Notes under the pieces: generated by a model
The model's database searches: none
Seen by the model: the letters and a program-made list of their open reading frames with translations, nothing else
What the model was told of the DNA's origin: nothing
Translations under genes and position numbers: made by a program
Virus record (IMG/VR): IMGVR_UViG_3300021092_000138
Coordinates: 1-29,203 of that record
DNA from: a virus
Lineage: Duplodnaviria; Caudoviricetes
DNA: 29,203 nucleotides
Reading direction: 5' to 3' (one strand)
Shown here: piece after piece, positions 9,001 to 19,100 of the stretch
Numbering within the stretch: the first letter of the stretch is position 1
How the letters are laid out: every line of letters begins with the position of its first letter

Positions 9001-11559
9001 TTTTATCCAGGACAATTTATCATATTCGATGATATTTCCGAAAACTTTAATGGATTTAGAAAGAAATTTACTTTGAGTGCGATGATTAATGGTGTTAAAC
9101 AAGTTTTAAGTTTAAAAACTCCAGTTGGGTCAGATTTGGATATTACAAATAATATCTTTATCTACATTAATAATGTAATACAAAATCCTCTAGATTCTTA
9201 TACATTCCAAGGAAGTAGAGTAATTTTTAAGGAAGCACCCAGAAAAAACTCTAAATGTAGTATTCTTTATTACAGAGGCTCATCAATTGATGTTGAAGAA
9301 ATAGAACCACCAAAAACTATAAAAGTTGGCGATTCATTAGTAATTCAAGAAAATCGTGATGATCTTTATGACATTTCTCAATTTGAAAGAACAGTCAAAA
9401 AAATAGTATCATCAGATCAATTGGATACATTTACTTATGGCAGCATAGGAATTATTACAGATTCCAGTAAAGAAAGACCATTGACATGGAAAAAACAAAA
9501 ACAAGATAAAATTATAACAGGATCATTATTTGCAAAATCTAGACCGAATCTACAAAGCAACATAAGACCAAATGCTACTATAATAAAAAGTATATCTCCG
9601 GAAGATACTTCAATTTATGTTGATAATGCTTTTCCAATTTTTGCTGGAACTGATAACTTGGTTGAAGATTTAAGAAATTTATTCATAGTTGAAAATAGAA
9701 CTACTGAAGCAGCAGAAGCTACGTCTACAGTTTCAGTAGCATCTACAATTTCTTCAATAACAGTAACTTCTCCTGGAGTTGGATATGCATATACTACTTC
9801 TCCATATGTTAATATATCCCTTTCTGCTATTTCAATTAAAGATCCCATATATGAATGGAATACTGTTACTGGTATTTCTGGACTATCTACAACTTCACAA
9901 CTAAATTCGTTAAGTTTTGGAGAAAGAATTATTTCTGTCGGAAATAGCTCTTTATATGTTATTAGTGCAGATGGTTCTGAATGGGAAGTTGGAAATATTG
10001 GACTGGGATCAACAACTAATTTTAATTCTGTATATTCGGCATCTGTTGGATATGGTAATTCTAATACAATACTAGCTGTTGGATCTTTTGGAAAAATTGG
10101 AAAAGCGACTGGATATGCTACTACTATTTCAAGTTGGACACAATTAAATCTTGTAGAAGAATTATCTATTCCTGGATATGGAGCATTATTGCAACAATCT
10201 AGTTCATATAACGGAACGTTAAAAGAAATTGTATATAATCCATTACCAAATACATGGGTAACTGTTGGAACCGCTGGATCTATATTTGTTGGTTCAGGAA
10301 TACATACTAATACTTTTGTTAACAGATATTCTAGAACAATTAAAGATTTAAATAGTATCGCATTTGGTAATGGATATTTCGTTGCAGTTGGTAATGACGG
10401 AACTATATTAACATCAAATACTGGATTGTTCTGGGAACTAGAACCATCTCCAACTAGTAATAATTTAAATAAAGTTACTTTTGATGGAAGTAATTTTATT
10501 ATTGCTGCAAATAATGGAGCTATATTAAAATCTATTAGTAGAAGTTCGTATGAATTTATAACAACTAATTTGTATGGATTAACAAATTTTGTAAATATTA
10601 AATATAATTATGGTTTTTACGTTGCTATTACATCTAGTGGGGATTTATACTACTCATTTAATCTATCTACATGGGTTATTAGGAATTATGTGGGAACTAA
10701 TAACATAAAAGATTTATCATTTGAGGAATCTCTTGGCACAAATGGAAAATATATTGCAGTTGGTGCAGCTTCGACTGTAATATATGCTGAACCTGTTTTC
10801 CATAGGGCTGTAGCACAATCATCAGTAACTTCTGGATTAGTAACTTCAATCGTTATTATAGATGGTGGATTTGGATACTTGCAAAATTCTCCACCTGCAG
10901 TAATGATTGAACCAGATGTGTTTAGATCTGAAACTATTAAATCTTTTAAGGCAGTAGGTGACCATGGAATAATTATTGGAATAAACACATTTATTTCTGG
11001 AACTCCTGGCATAGGAACAACCTCACCAAAAATAGAATTTGTCTTACAGTCTGAAACTTATGATAATAATACTTTAGGAATCGGATATTCATCTCTTAAT
11101 ACATTTGGAATTTCTAATAGTCAATTACAAAAAGGTGATTATTTTGTAATTACTGATAGTAATGTTTCCACTGGAGGTGATTTGGTAGGAATAACAACTT
11201 TACTTGGCGGAATGAGTAATTATCCAAATTCAAGAATTGGAACTGCAAAAAGTTTTATAGATGGAGTTTATATTGCAGACAATGTAACAACTCCAAATCT
11301 GGGCATAGTGACGGTAACATGTCATTTTGCTCCTATGGTAGATAACTATGTTAAAGTTTATAAAAGAGGTCCAAATAATACTGGTGTCGGAACTAATAAT
11401 TTTTATGGAAGATATAGTTGGGGTAAAATATATGACTACCAAAATAGAGCTTTGTCTTTAACCGGAGCAGAATCTTTTGAAACTTATACAAATAATGGAT
11501 TGGTTGGATTAAGTACCTCTGCTAAGATCTTTAGAACAAGAGGACTATTAAGTAACTAA
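1..11559 (+). CDS. gp7: Giant baseplate wedge initiator-like virion protein (T4 gp7-like, cyanophage type), 5'-truncated by the window edge
   Basis: Frame is open from base 1 (AGG ATA TTG...), so the TTG at 7 is probably not the real start. It has the motif DNFYYQKFSYSLKS...W...VHPSGFKEF (~3022-3132) typical of cyanophage gp7-like proteins, many GxGY spacer repeats and LDDIS-type domains, and lies directly upstream of gp8. Confidence 0.85.
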   Translation, partial: RILDIQSSVIDDVVIFSAGQDYKVEDDIILNNENTFGNGANLVISEIEGKKISGLTILKNKLDNVSFVIRSNNITGVVDYPHQIRNNEVVSISGISTITSSGLSGRRSVKVTQKSVQLLKNIDVVANTGISTIIFVKDVSGFRVNDTVAIGTEKLLITRISPERSGFYVNRIENTGIHTAGLDTVDLLPKRFELNLKEPLSDYTFENTVTFFDPKESVGTGTAGVSRNVVGLGTSSFVSIFLPSKSIYIPGHSFFTGQELIYNCGLGGTSLYVNNVGSGQSFSLQQNQKVYAVNLGKNYVGLSTLGFTTSSGIGTNLNSLEFWPLTEAFGVVGSAHSLSTTNKKITGTIITSSGIVTTNVSHGLVTGDEVSISLSSSIENEIKIKFDQINRKLLVNEISFSDSNVSISNNTINLSSYVNEIKNGDKVTYFASTPIGGLANGATYYVLKEDDDKIKLCLYESDTKTNSGSQKNVIDFTTVGSASQTLYFVNPPLKFIKGDKIKFNLSDPSLLNMDIKFYSDTFYSKRLDIIGNNINGFAIVNSGTPGTNDAYVTLDTSNKNFPTILYYNLIFKSPIEESKTQLSSDYSVPGNNQIIVRNHPLNRKVGITTISNTEFTFLLDTKFSFNELTSVLSSNSSYKTTSTSAIGPISNVKINFAGRGYKKLPFIQKIDTKLGKNAILKLKSEKIGRVESYERVKDGFDYPTDPTLSPRLSVPVICGIKDIRTISNIGIITGGRNYNGPPELLVKDDPSIKLSCSVTGGAISKVNIINNSTSLSSPLEIIPIRNSNGYEIDNITYAGNFVTLELNNTPGLNPFVTIGYGNTLVAYPFAVGDKIFIENCRLTSSTRDKANFNSSSYNYRFFTVTGISSLNNTVTYSMSGISTGQFGTYNDEFNLGTVINQKDLPVFQMNLADDVSYQSSEKVISSDFTATVMENGWDNNLNQLRMNDGYGTLQVGDYLYGERSKINGKVDYFDTFDLKSTLGVFRDKVASVDSSVGILNDFQQRISDNFYYQKFSYSLKSDISYDKWRESVRSIVHPSGFKEFSDLVIYTNPTNIGYAKSTNMRVKLKGSDSTLSINVDNEVSMYDKFNFAKVYEDQTLDDGSVESVYFTEGINLRPFIINKTNKVLRIDDISEQFNGSSLQNLDGRYADASDLIDLNKEFIQAEVVAFVEFNYPDIVLSSTYSAEKCKRDVGYIVDAVSHDIKYNSNDKSVEAGLAYWNAGASYVVNETEQTLFAYNYVKFLGQYVINNQTPPTLYQSLVPQEFDFEIIQDPLNLSVIGLKNARNLIVSNRREIQDKSLASVAVGFPDFYFPPDPQTTFRSRYADGYRLIQQNRQEIVDTSWNDTVSIYPGISTTQNKCKRDIGYFIDAISIDVFLGGNSYTKQFILQYFNQGSPIPNGLAGEEAQSIFAFVAARNLMRSAVRNGLTIQDLTVTPGPPVYGIGAIVGVTSTAACTDVQNNISTLVGIVTASISIGSTSNLPATNVGTYTSGQSKCFRDLGYIIDGVAQDISYGTNQHTLYNTKKYFTGAGVPLNSGLVGEESESIYAFETAKSLMKKAITNQLNVKNLTIAVDPITGFNTDPNSYAGIQTNINTLVGILTVAIGNSSLAGIPTENYGTADCADVRTSLGNYVGIITTIIGLGPSFAPIVVLPSISRGGGIVGVSSFKLKNKGTSLFSHTIVSSASTYIDLESNKFIIPNHNFQTGHELIYEYSGGNPIGIATTSYILGNKTEVMVVGNINGTAILQQGYDVSISTSITGISTVLSPVGPSLKQYTQVIGVGTTSGVNATFNVLITYSPSTGQPLSTSITLKSGGTGYKVGQIVSIAGTYMGGSTPANNLSFVVSNTGPSGIQTQANNTYTNVPSTDLSGALFNVTRNDSGGYVSNVQVTNPAAGYASTSIISIAGTYIGGSTNDFITFTPLELGASKLPESLFVYKLNDNEFKVFGLSTSSRFLDFTGFGTGYHTLSHKDPNASVIITLDGVIQTAIRRKSLSVSLASNVSTANTTILNVSSGISSLNTYDILNLNNEFILVKSIGISSSNSIFVERGYLGTTAGVHTVGVSATVLTGDFNIVKDTIFFTTAPYGKIGPAGLSTGSIFGGRVFSRQFNAATPQDKNILLDDISLSFTGIAATEFTIKSNGQNTTTLFNNINSGSNINNNPFILINNVPQVPQSDFTIDNDSQNVLKFLSGTPSSGRISKVAITTGFGYQPRIGAAATVVVSASGTISSIVIAQGGLGYRQSPSVSISSTIGFGASITATVGVSGTITGFIIVNPGTGYTRSSIPKINVGIPTGYSNLPVVYTGGTSGVGQKAKITVEVGSGSSIIDFKIDSPGIGYKVGDKLKVVGIATNINMRNDILTINNVLYDNTTGVTTIRTLQSHLLKVGDSIRLSGIALTCGYDEVGIRTFSYDNVTGISTIVTYSPHGLLRTDVPNNETSDEVFLYNLPFICPSYTTNAAVNISNVVYNHIAGIATITTSSDHGAVTGKQVKLAGIAFSCAAHSATGIATYNITNFVYTNSTGITTITLDANHELIPGEYVQLSDIILSCPSEAIGYSTTKFPYSAGIGTLGNSYPNSSPNTLGGTFNVFRVLVGTSGTTIVFYAGISTVAHTYSSGGTATVGITSTIFPYPGSSPTAVSGTFDVFKVNSVLSNTQFTIIAGVSSIAHTYVSGGTAQSGVTTTIFPDGTSTYGKVFPVLTSLGSTSFTINSGISTIPHTFVGWPEIGITTFKYTNTTGIATATTSSNHNYLIGDKVTLEDLSLTCPGYVQNPIVNITNLIYDKVSGIATITTASNHLAITGKQIKLAGIALTCPSGSGITSTIFPYPGSSQNTLSNWDIFKVNSVLSQTQFTINVGVSSITHTYVSGGTAQAGITSTIFPYPGSSIYGYTFTVIGITTNTFTFNAGISTIVHDYVSGGKTKKAATVQRVLRYTDDSSDGAYDFQVTGIPDTVGLGSTNVFTILSGITTIPHFYTQSGIVSFRQPEDLILTVQEIQTDKFSGFYPGQFIIFDDISENFNGFRKKFTLSAMINGVKQVLSLKTPVGSDLDITNNIFIYINNVIQNPLDSYTFQGSRVIFKEAPRKNSKCSILYYRGSSIDVEEIEPPKTIKVGDSLVIQENRDDLYDISQFERTVKKIVSSDQLDTFTYGSIGIITDSSKERPLTWKKQKQDKIITGSLFAKSRPNLQSNIRPNATIIKSISPEDTSIYVDNAFPIFAGTDNLVEDLRNLFIVENRTTEAAEATSTVSVASTISSITVTSPGVGYAYTTSPYVNISLSAISIKDPIYEWNTVTGISGLSTTSQLNSLSFGERIISVGNSSLYVISADGSEWEVGNIGLGSTTNFNSVYSASVGYGNSNTILAVGSFGKIGKATGYATTISSWTQLNLVEELSIPGYGALLQQSSSYNGTLKEIVYNPLPNTWVTVGTAGSIFVGSGIHTNTFVNRYSRTIKDLNSIAFGNGYFVAVGNDGTILTSNTGLFWELEPSPTSNNLNKVTFDGSNFIIAANNGAILKSISRSSYEFITTNLYGLTNFVNIKYNYGFYVAITSSGDLYYSFNLSTWVIRNYVGTNNIKDLSFEESLGTNGKYIAVGAASTVIYAEPVFHRAVAQSSVTSGLVTSIVIIDGGFGYLQNSPPAVMIEPDVFRSETIKSFKAVGDHGIIIGINTFISGTPGIGTTSPKIEFVLQSETYDNNTLGIGYSSLNTFGISNSQLQKGDYFVITDSNVSTGGDLVGITTLLGGMSNYPNSRIGTAKSFIDGVYIADNVTTPNLGIVTVTCHFAPMVDNYVKVYKRGPNNTGVGTNNFYGRYSWGKIYDYQNRALSLTGAESFETYTNNGLVGLSTSAKIFRTRGLLSN
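3442..4962 (+). repeat. Three helical KCxRDxGY domains within gp7 (phycobiliprotein/globin-like by motif)
   Basis: KCKRDVGY (3562-3585), KCKRDIGY (4078-4101), KCFRDLGY (4486-4509). Three leading helices (RYADASDLIDLNKEFI, LKNARNLIVSNRREI, RYADGYRLIQQNRQEI) and three closing helices (ACTDVQNNISTLVGIV, SYAGIQTNINTLVGIL, DCADVRTSLGNYVGII). Confidence 0.8.
7075..8940 (+). repeat. Six copies of a His/Cys-containing beta domain within gp7, arranged as nested half-domains
   Basis: Six N-halves (YxxxxGxxTxxxxxxH...L...C) and six C-halves (mostly IFP...FxV...FT...GxSxIxHxY). DNA-level near-identity GGTATTAC(A/G)TCTACAATATTCCC(G/A)TATCCAGGATC at ~7864, ~8449 and ~8614. Confidence 0.85.
9847..10791 (+). 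repeat. Probable 7-bladed BNR/Ycf48-like beta-propeller domain within gp7
   Basis: Seven ~40-50 aa blades resembling LNSIAFGNGYFVAVGNDGTILTSNTGLFW. Confidence 0.7.
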
Positions 11560-11562
11560 ATA
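11555..11562 (+). promoter_or_regulatory. T4-type late promoter variant (ACTAAATA) overlapping the gp7 stop, upstream of gp8
   Basis: Retains the TAAATA core of the gp55-dependent TATAAATA consensus; ends 20 nt before the gp8 ATG. Confidence 0.55.
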
Positions 11563-11582
11563 AAGAAAAGTATATTTATAAA

Positions 11583-13178
11583 ATGCCCGCAATTATATCA
11601 GATCAATTTAGAATTCTAAATGCAGAAACTTTTGCAAAGAGTGTTTCTGGCGCTGGGAATACTGATAGTAAATATTATACTTTTATTGGCCTTCCTAACG
11701 CATTAAATCCGGCTACTGGTGGAACACCAAATTGGATTGCTAATACACCATCTCCTTTGGATGGTTTTCAAGAGGAAAACCAGATAAAAGAAAGTATTAT
11801 TGCAATGAAACAAATAACAAATCAAGATGTTAGGAGATTAATTAGAAAAACACCTTGGGTTGCCGGCAATACCTATGAAATGTATAGGCATGATTATAAT
11901 GTTTACAACCCTTCACCAGTTTCAAATTCAACTTCTCTATATGAATCAAATTATTACGCAATTAATGATGACTTAAGAGTTTATATTTGTCTCCAAAATG
12001 GCACGGATCCTGAAAATCCTAAGGGCAGACCATCATATGATCAACCAACTTTTATTGATTTGGAGCCCAGATCTGCGGGCGCTAGTGGAGACGGATATAT
12101 TTGGAAATATCTTTACACCATTAAACCTTCGGAAATTGTTAAATTTGATTCTATTGAGTATATTCCAGTTCCTGAAGATTGGGGAGTAGTTGGAGAAAGT
12201 GTTGCAACAAAAAATAATTCTATTGATGGAAAAATAGAAGTAATTCTTGTCACAAACAGGGGTTCAAATTATCAACCAATCTCAACTTCTTTTTCGAATG
12301 TTCCAATATTGGGTGATGGTTCTGGAGGTAAAGCTACAATTACAATCGATTCTTTTGGAAAAATATCTGAGGTATTCGTCACTGAAGGTGGGAAAGACTA
12401 TACATATGGCACCATTCAATTTTATCCAGGAGCTCCAGAATCAAATATTAATGGCCCATTAGGTCAGTTAAGTAATACTGGAATTGGTACAACTTCTGTA
12501 GCAACTTTTCAAGTAATTATCCCCCCGAAAGGTGGACATGGATATGATATATACAGAGAACTGGGTGCATATCGTGTTTTGTTATATTCTAGATTTGAAA
12601 CATTAGACAGTAATCCGGATATTATTCTTGGAAACGATTTCGCTAGAGTAGGAGTGATAAAAAATCCAACCGTTGTTGGCAGTAATGTCCAAGTATTAAA
12701 TACTTCTCTAGTAAGTGGATTGCAGGCTTTAAAATTATCTGGAATTACTACTAACACAACTTATGCAATAGATTCAAAAATTACTCAAACAGTTGGATTT
12801 GGGTCAACTGCAATAGGATTTGTTGCATCATGGGATCCAATAACAGGGGTTCTTAAATACTATCAATCAACGGGACTAGCTTCAAGTGAAACTGCATTTA
12901 GAATAATTCCTTTCACATCAAATCCAGACATTGGTTATGGAGTTACAATAAACGGATCTTCAATTATTGGACCAGCTTTATCAATCAATACCAATTTTAA
13001 CGGTATAACGACCACAATAAATAATAGAATATATCAGTTAGGTCTTGATTTTGTTTCAGGTATATCCTCTGCAGAATATAATAAAAAGTCTGGTGAAATT
13101 ATCTACATAGATAATAGGCAGCCAATTCCCAGATCTTCTAGCCAAAAAGAAGATATTAAAGTCATACTGGAGTTTTAA
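11583..13178 (+). CDS. gp8: Baseplate wedge subunit (T4 gp8-like)
   Basis: 531 aa. MPAIISDQFRILNA start, WVAGNTYEMYRHDY, RVYICLQNG, GDGYIWKYLYTI and C-terminal SGEIIYIDNR..I.RSSSQKEDIKVILEF are characteristic gp8 motifs. Confidence 0.93.
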   Translation: MPAIISDQFRILNAETFAKSVSGAGNTDSKYYTFIGLPNALNPATGGTPNWIANTPSPLDGFQEENQIKESIIAMKQITNQDVRRLIRKTPWVAGNTYEMYRHDYNVYNPSPVSNSTSLYESNYYAINDDLRVYICLQNGTDPENPKGRPSYDQPTFIDLEPRSAGASGDGYIWKYLYTIKPSEIVKFDSIEYIPVPEDWGVVGESVATKNNSIDGKIEVILVTNRGSNYQPISTSFSNVPILGDGSGGKATITIDSFGKISEVFVTEGGKDYTYGTIQFYPGAPESNINGPLGQLSNTGIGTTSVATFQVIIPPKGGHGYDIYRELGAYRVLLYSRFETLDSNPDIILGNDFARVGVIKNPTVVGSNVQVLNTSLVSGLQALKLSGITTNTTYAIDSKITQTVGFGSTAIGFVASWDPITGVLKYYQSTGLASSETAFRIIPFTSNPDIGYGVTINGSSIIGPALSINTNFNGITTTINNRIYQLGLDFVSGISSAEYNKKSGEIIYIDNRQPIPRSSSQKEDIKVILEF

Positions 13179-13184
13179 CTTAAC

Positions 13185-16100
13185 ATGGCACAAAATACTA
13201 ATTTAAATGCATCGCCATACTTTGATGATTTTGATGTAACTAAGGGTTATCAAAGAGTATTATTCAAACCCGGAACTCCAATACAGGCCAGAGAATTAAC
13301 AACGTCACAATCAATACTGCAAAATCAAATTGAAAAATTTGGCAAACATTTTTTTAAAGAAGGGTCTGTAGTCATACCTGGGAGTATTGCGTATGATCCC
13401 GAATATTCTTGTGTCCAAATAGATCCAACTCACTTAGGAATTTCAGTTTCTTTTTATATCGACAAGTTAGTTGGAAAATTAATAAAAGGAGAAACTAGTG
13501 GGGTAATTGCGAAAGTAGAAAGTTATATTACAAATACTCAATCTGAAAATGATAATTATACTCTTTATATAAAATATCAAAGTTCAAGTGATACTAATTT
13601 TTCATCAAACACATTTGTTGATGGAGAAAATTTAATTTCTTTAGAAAATATTGACTATACGACGGCAGTTATACTTGAAAACTCATCATTTGCAACATCA
13701 ATAGTAACAGGATCGGTAGAAACTGGTTCGGCTGCAAAAATTGATCAAGGTGTTTATTTTATTAGAGGTTTTTTTATTGATGTTTATGCACAAACAGTAA
13801 TTCTTGATCAATATTCAAATTTACCTTCGTATCGAATTGGTTTAAATATTTTAGAAGAACTTTCTGTAGCGTCTCAATCAAATCCAGATCTTTATGACAA
13901 TGCTAGGGGATTTTCAAATTTTGCAGCCCCAGGAGCGGATAGATTAAAAATTACAGCAACATTGGGTAAAAAATCTTTAGATGATTTTAATGATGAAAAT
14001 TTTGTTGAATTGATGCGAGTTGAAAACGGCATCTTAAAAAAATTTACAAAAAAAGAAGATCCAAATCTTATAACGGATGAATTAGCTAGAAGAACATATG
14101 ATGAATCCGGTGATTATTATGTAAAACCATATTCGGTTATAGCTAAAGAATCTTTAAATAATAAAATAGGTAATAATGGAGTTTTCCAATATAATCAACT
14201 AACTAAACAAGGAAACACTCCGTCAGATGACTTATTAACCCTTCAAATATCTCCAGGAAAAGCATATGTCAGAGGCTATGAAGTAGAAACTTTAAATACT
14301 ATTAATTTTGATTTAGCAAAACCAAGAACCACAGCATCAGTTAAAAATATCACTTTACCTTTTAGTTTAGGGAATCAACTTGAGATTAATAATGTTTTTG
14401 GTGGAGTAAAAGTTGGATTTGGAGCGACTAGTCAAGTTAAACTATATTCTCAACGAACATCTACACCCGGAACTGCGTCTGGAATTGAAGTTGGAATTGC
14501 AAGGGTTTATGATTTGAAGTTAAAAAATACACAATACTCAAATGCTACGACTATTTTTGAAGGATCGGTATATGATGTCCAAACTTATACCTATTTAACT
14601 ATCAATTCTACAATTACTCTAAATCTTCCTGCGTTCATTGAAGGTAAAAATAGTTCTGCTTCTGGATATTTAGCTAAAGTAGCAACAAATACCGATCAAC
14701 TTATTTTATATCAAGTATCTGGAACTTTTTTACAAGATGAATCATTATTGGTTAATGAAGTAGAAATTTCAAGAACTGTAACTAATATACGAGATTATTC
14801 ATTATCAGATGTTAGACAAGTTGTAAGTCTTGATGGAACTTCTTTTACTGGAGATTTGTTATTAAGTCAACCATTACTTTTATCCCCGCAGGGAACAACT
14901 TTTAGTATTTCTACTGCCTCATCTGGAATTAGTACGATTTCAGCTTCTACTTCTATTTTTGGAATAGGTATCAAAACCGGAGATATTATCTCTTATACTA
15001 AATCCGGTCAAACAGTTCCAACATACAATATAGTTTCTGAAGTTAATACTGCTGGCAAAAGAATAATTGTTAAACCCACAACTTCAGTTAGTGGAGTTTG
15101 TGATGGAACTCTATCAATTTCTTCTATAACTTCTACAGATGTATTTAAGGTTATCCCAGTATTAACTAATACTAAAGAATCATTTTTATTTACTGAATAC
15201 GAAAATACGGATATTGCGTCGGTTGATTTAACAAGTGGTGAAATTATATTTAGAAAATCTTATGACGTAACGGTATCTTCAAATGCACTTACTGCTACTT
15301 TAGAATCTGGAACAGATGTTACATTAGTTCCATTTGATGAGGAAGACTATACTTTAGTTTATTCTAATGGAACTAATGAACCATTAACTAGTTCTAAATT
15401 TTCAATTAGTGCTGGAAGAACTATAAACCTAGTTCAATTAACTGCAAATGGGCCAGCAACATTAACTGCAACTTTGAAAAAAACAGGTTTAAAATCAAGA
15501 AAAAAATTCTATAATAGATCAACAGTTTTAAATATTACTAGATCAGCAAATTCATCATCCGGAATAACAAGTACAACTTTGGCCGATGGATTAACTTATA
15601 GTTCAATTTATGGAACTAGAGTCCAAGATAAAAATATTTCATTACAAGTTGCAGATGTTAGTTTTGTTATGGGTATATTTGAATCTTCAGATTCAAATCA
15701 AGCGGACCTTCCAAAATTAGAATTATCTAATTTGAATGGTAATATTCTCAATTCTAAACGAGGAGAAATGATATATGGTGAATCTAGTCAAGCTATGGCT
15801 GTATTAGTTGAAAATAATGGATCAAATACCATCGAAATCGTTTATGTCAATGAAAATTCTTTTGTTGCAGATGAAAAAATTATTTTTGTTGAATCAAATT
15901 TAACCGCTAATGTTGTCAAATTTATTGAGGGAGATAGAAATATAATCAATGACTTTATTATTGATTATGGACAAGAACGTGAAATTGCAAATTATGCATA
16001 TATCACTAGAAAAGAGGGAATCATAGCCCCAACTAAAAAATTAAAAATTATATATCATAACTACGTAATTGATCCAGCAGATACTGGTGATTTTGTAACA

Positions 16101-19100
16101 GTAACTTCGTATGATAAAGAAAGATTTTCTAATGATTTGCCTTATATTGATACCTACAGAGCAAATGATATTATTGATGTAAGGCCCAGAGTTTCACCAT
16201 ATGATCAAGCAACCAATATTTATTCTCCATTTGAATATGCGGCAAGAACATACTCAGCATCAACAAACTCAAGCCAATTTAATATAGCAAAGGATAAAAA
16301 TATCATAGTTTCTTATGATTATTATCTGGGAAGAATCGATAAACTATATTTAAATAAATTTGGAGAATTTTTTGTAAGTAGTGGTGTGCCATCATTAAAG
16401 CCACAAAATCCTAAAGATATTGAAACAGCATTAGAAGTGGCTACAATTTTAATGCCTCCATATGTTTACAATTCTAACGATGTAAAAGTTCAATTATCTA
16501 CGCATAAACGTTATAGAATGCAAGACATTGCAAGACTTGAGGATAGGCTGAAAAATGTAGAATACTACACTTCGTTATCTTTATTAGAGAGTGACACTAA
16601 AAATTTAACTTTAAAGGATGGTCAAACCGGATTAGATAGATTTAAGACCGGATTCTTTGTTGATAATTTTAAATCAGATTTTGCAGGTTCTTTAGGAAAT
16701 CCAAATCATAAATGCAGTATTGATACCCTAGAAGGACATTTGAGACCACAACACTACACAACTTCGATTGACCTTTTACTTGGATCTGAAGCTGTAGTTG
16801 GCGCAGCAAATACATCTAACCCAGATGCAGATTTGAGATTTGTTAAAGACTTGGGAAATCCAAATACAGTAAAAGTTGGAGATGTAGTCTGTTTAAAATA
16901 TACAGATAAACAATGGTTGCAAAATAAGTTTGCAACTAGAATTGTAAACGTAAATCCTTTTAATGTTGTTAATTGGATTGGTGCAATTGAATTAAATCCT
17001 GCTACTGATACTTGGATTGAAACAAAGGGAACCAAAAAAACAGTTGACCAGGAAGGAACCTATAATACAACTATTCAACAATTAGGGGTTGATACAAACA
17101 CTGGATTATCACCTATTACGTGGGGAGCTTGGGAAACTACTTGGACTGGAACCGTAGAAACAGGTAGAAAAAATATGGGTTCCATTTATATTGGAACTAA
17201 AGAAACTGGTAGAACTAGTTGGAGAGGCGGATATCAAAAAGGTAGAGGTATTCCAGAATGGACAAAGATTGATTATCAAGATCAATATACTGATTTTGCT
17301 AATGTAACTACTTTAACAACTACTAAACAATCTAGGCAGGGAATTCAATATAAAGTAAGCGAACAATTTGATTATGTGAATTTGGGAACTAAGGTAGTGT
17401 CTACTGAAGTTATTCATACTATGAGATCAAGGAATGTTGAGTTTATTGCAAAAAGACTGAAACCAAAAACTCAGATGTATGCATTTTTTGATAATGTTGA
17501 TATGAATAAATACGCAACACCAAAATTAGTTGAAGTGCAGATGGTTAGTGGTACATTTGCTGTTGGAGAAGCAATACAAGGAACTTCTGGAACTACTGCT
17601 GTAAGAGCTAGATTGGCAAAACCAAATCATAAATATGGACCCTACAACAGTCCTACCCAGGTATATACTGAAAATCCTTATATACCTACTGAATCAATAC
17701 CTTCTTCATATTCTAGCACGTCAACAATATTGAATTTAGACACTGCATCTTTAGAACTGCAATCCTCGGCTGGATATTATGGTTTTATTATTAGCGATAT
17801 GCAATTAAAAGGTGAGACAAGTGGTGCGATTGCAAAGGTAACAAAAGTCAGATTAGTAACTGATTCTGCCGGAACATTAATAGGATCATTGTTTATTCCT
17901 AACGCAACATTACCTTCATCACCTTCTTTTGAAACCGGAACAAAAACATTTACACTTACAACTAGTTCTATTAACACTACAATATCTGGAGCTACAGACA
18001 GCACTGCATCAACTAATTTTGTTTCTTCCGGAACCCTTAATAATACAGAAGAAACAACTTTAAGAATTAGAAATGCAAAAGTTGAACAAATTGCTAAAAC
18101 TGATGAAAGAACTTTAACTTCTGAAAAAACGGAAACTGTTGCTAGTACTTCATTTAAGAATAGAAGTATTACACAACAGCGTTGGGTGGATCCACTTGCA
18201 CAATCTTTTGAAGTTCCTGACGAAACTGGAATTTTTATAACCAAAGTTGATGTCTTCTTTAAGACAAAAGATACTAAAGGATTACCAATTACAGCACAAA
18301 TCAGAACTATGCAAACTGGTTTGCCCACTACAGAAATTTTGCCTTTTGGCGAAATAATCTTAGATCCAGTTGATGTTAAAACCTCAGATTCGGGATCTGT
18401 TGCTACTACATTTACTTTTCCTTCACCAGTTTATTGTGAAACTGGTAAGTCATATGCAGTAGTTCTTCTTTCGGCGTCTGACGAATATAACGTCTTTATT
18501 TCTAGAATGGGTGAAGAAGATGTAACTACTGTAAATAAAGTAGAGTCTGAAAAAATTATTGTATCACAACAACCTTTATTAGGATCTTTGTTTAAATCTC
18601 AAAATGGTGCCACATGGGATCCAAGTCAACTTGAAGACCTTAAATTAACAATATATAGAGCAGATTTTTATAAGGGATCTTCTACTGTTAGATTCTATAA
18701 TCCAGATTTAGATGTTGGTAACAGACAGATAGTTACATTAAAGCCAAATCCACTTGATTGTATTTCCAGATCATTAATAGTTGGACTTGGAAAGAGTTTA
18801 ACTACTTCTGAAGTTACTGATCTTACTAGTGGAGTTACAATACTTCAAAACAATAACGGAAACTTCAGGGGTAATTTGAAAAGTGTCGTCGGATCAATTG
18901 GTATTGGCAGCACGTTATCAGTAACTTCTCCTGGATCTGCATTTACGACTGGATTTAAAACTTATTCAAATGTGAACGTAATAGCGTTAACTGGCAGCGG
19001 TGTCGGCGCAAAAGTCAATCTGAGTGTACAAGGTGGAGTTGCAATTGCAGCTACCGTATCTGTTGGTGGCACTGGATATGTTTATGGAGATGCTTTAGAA

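Noticed and set aside
13016-13023. AATAAATA inside gp8 as an internal late promoter for vrlC
   Set aside because: The position is plausible, but similar octamers occur inside genes elsewhere (~6495, ~17505, ~17628), so it cannot be told from chance in AT-rich DNA.
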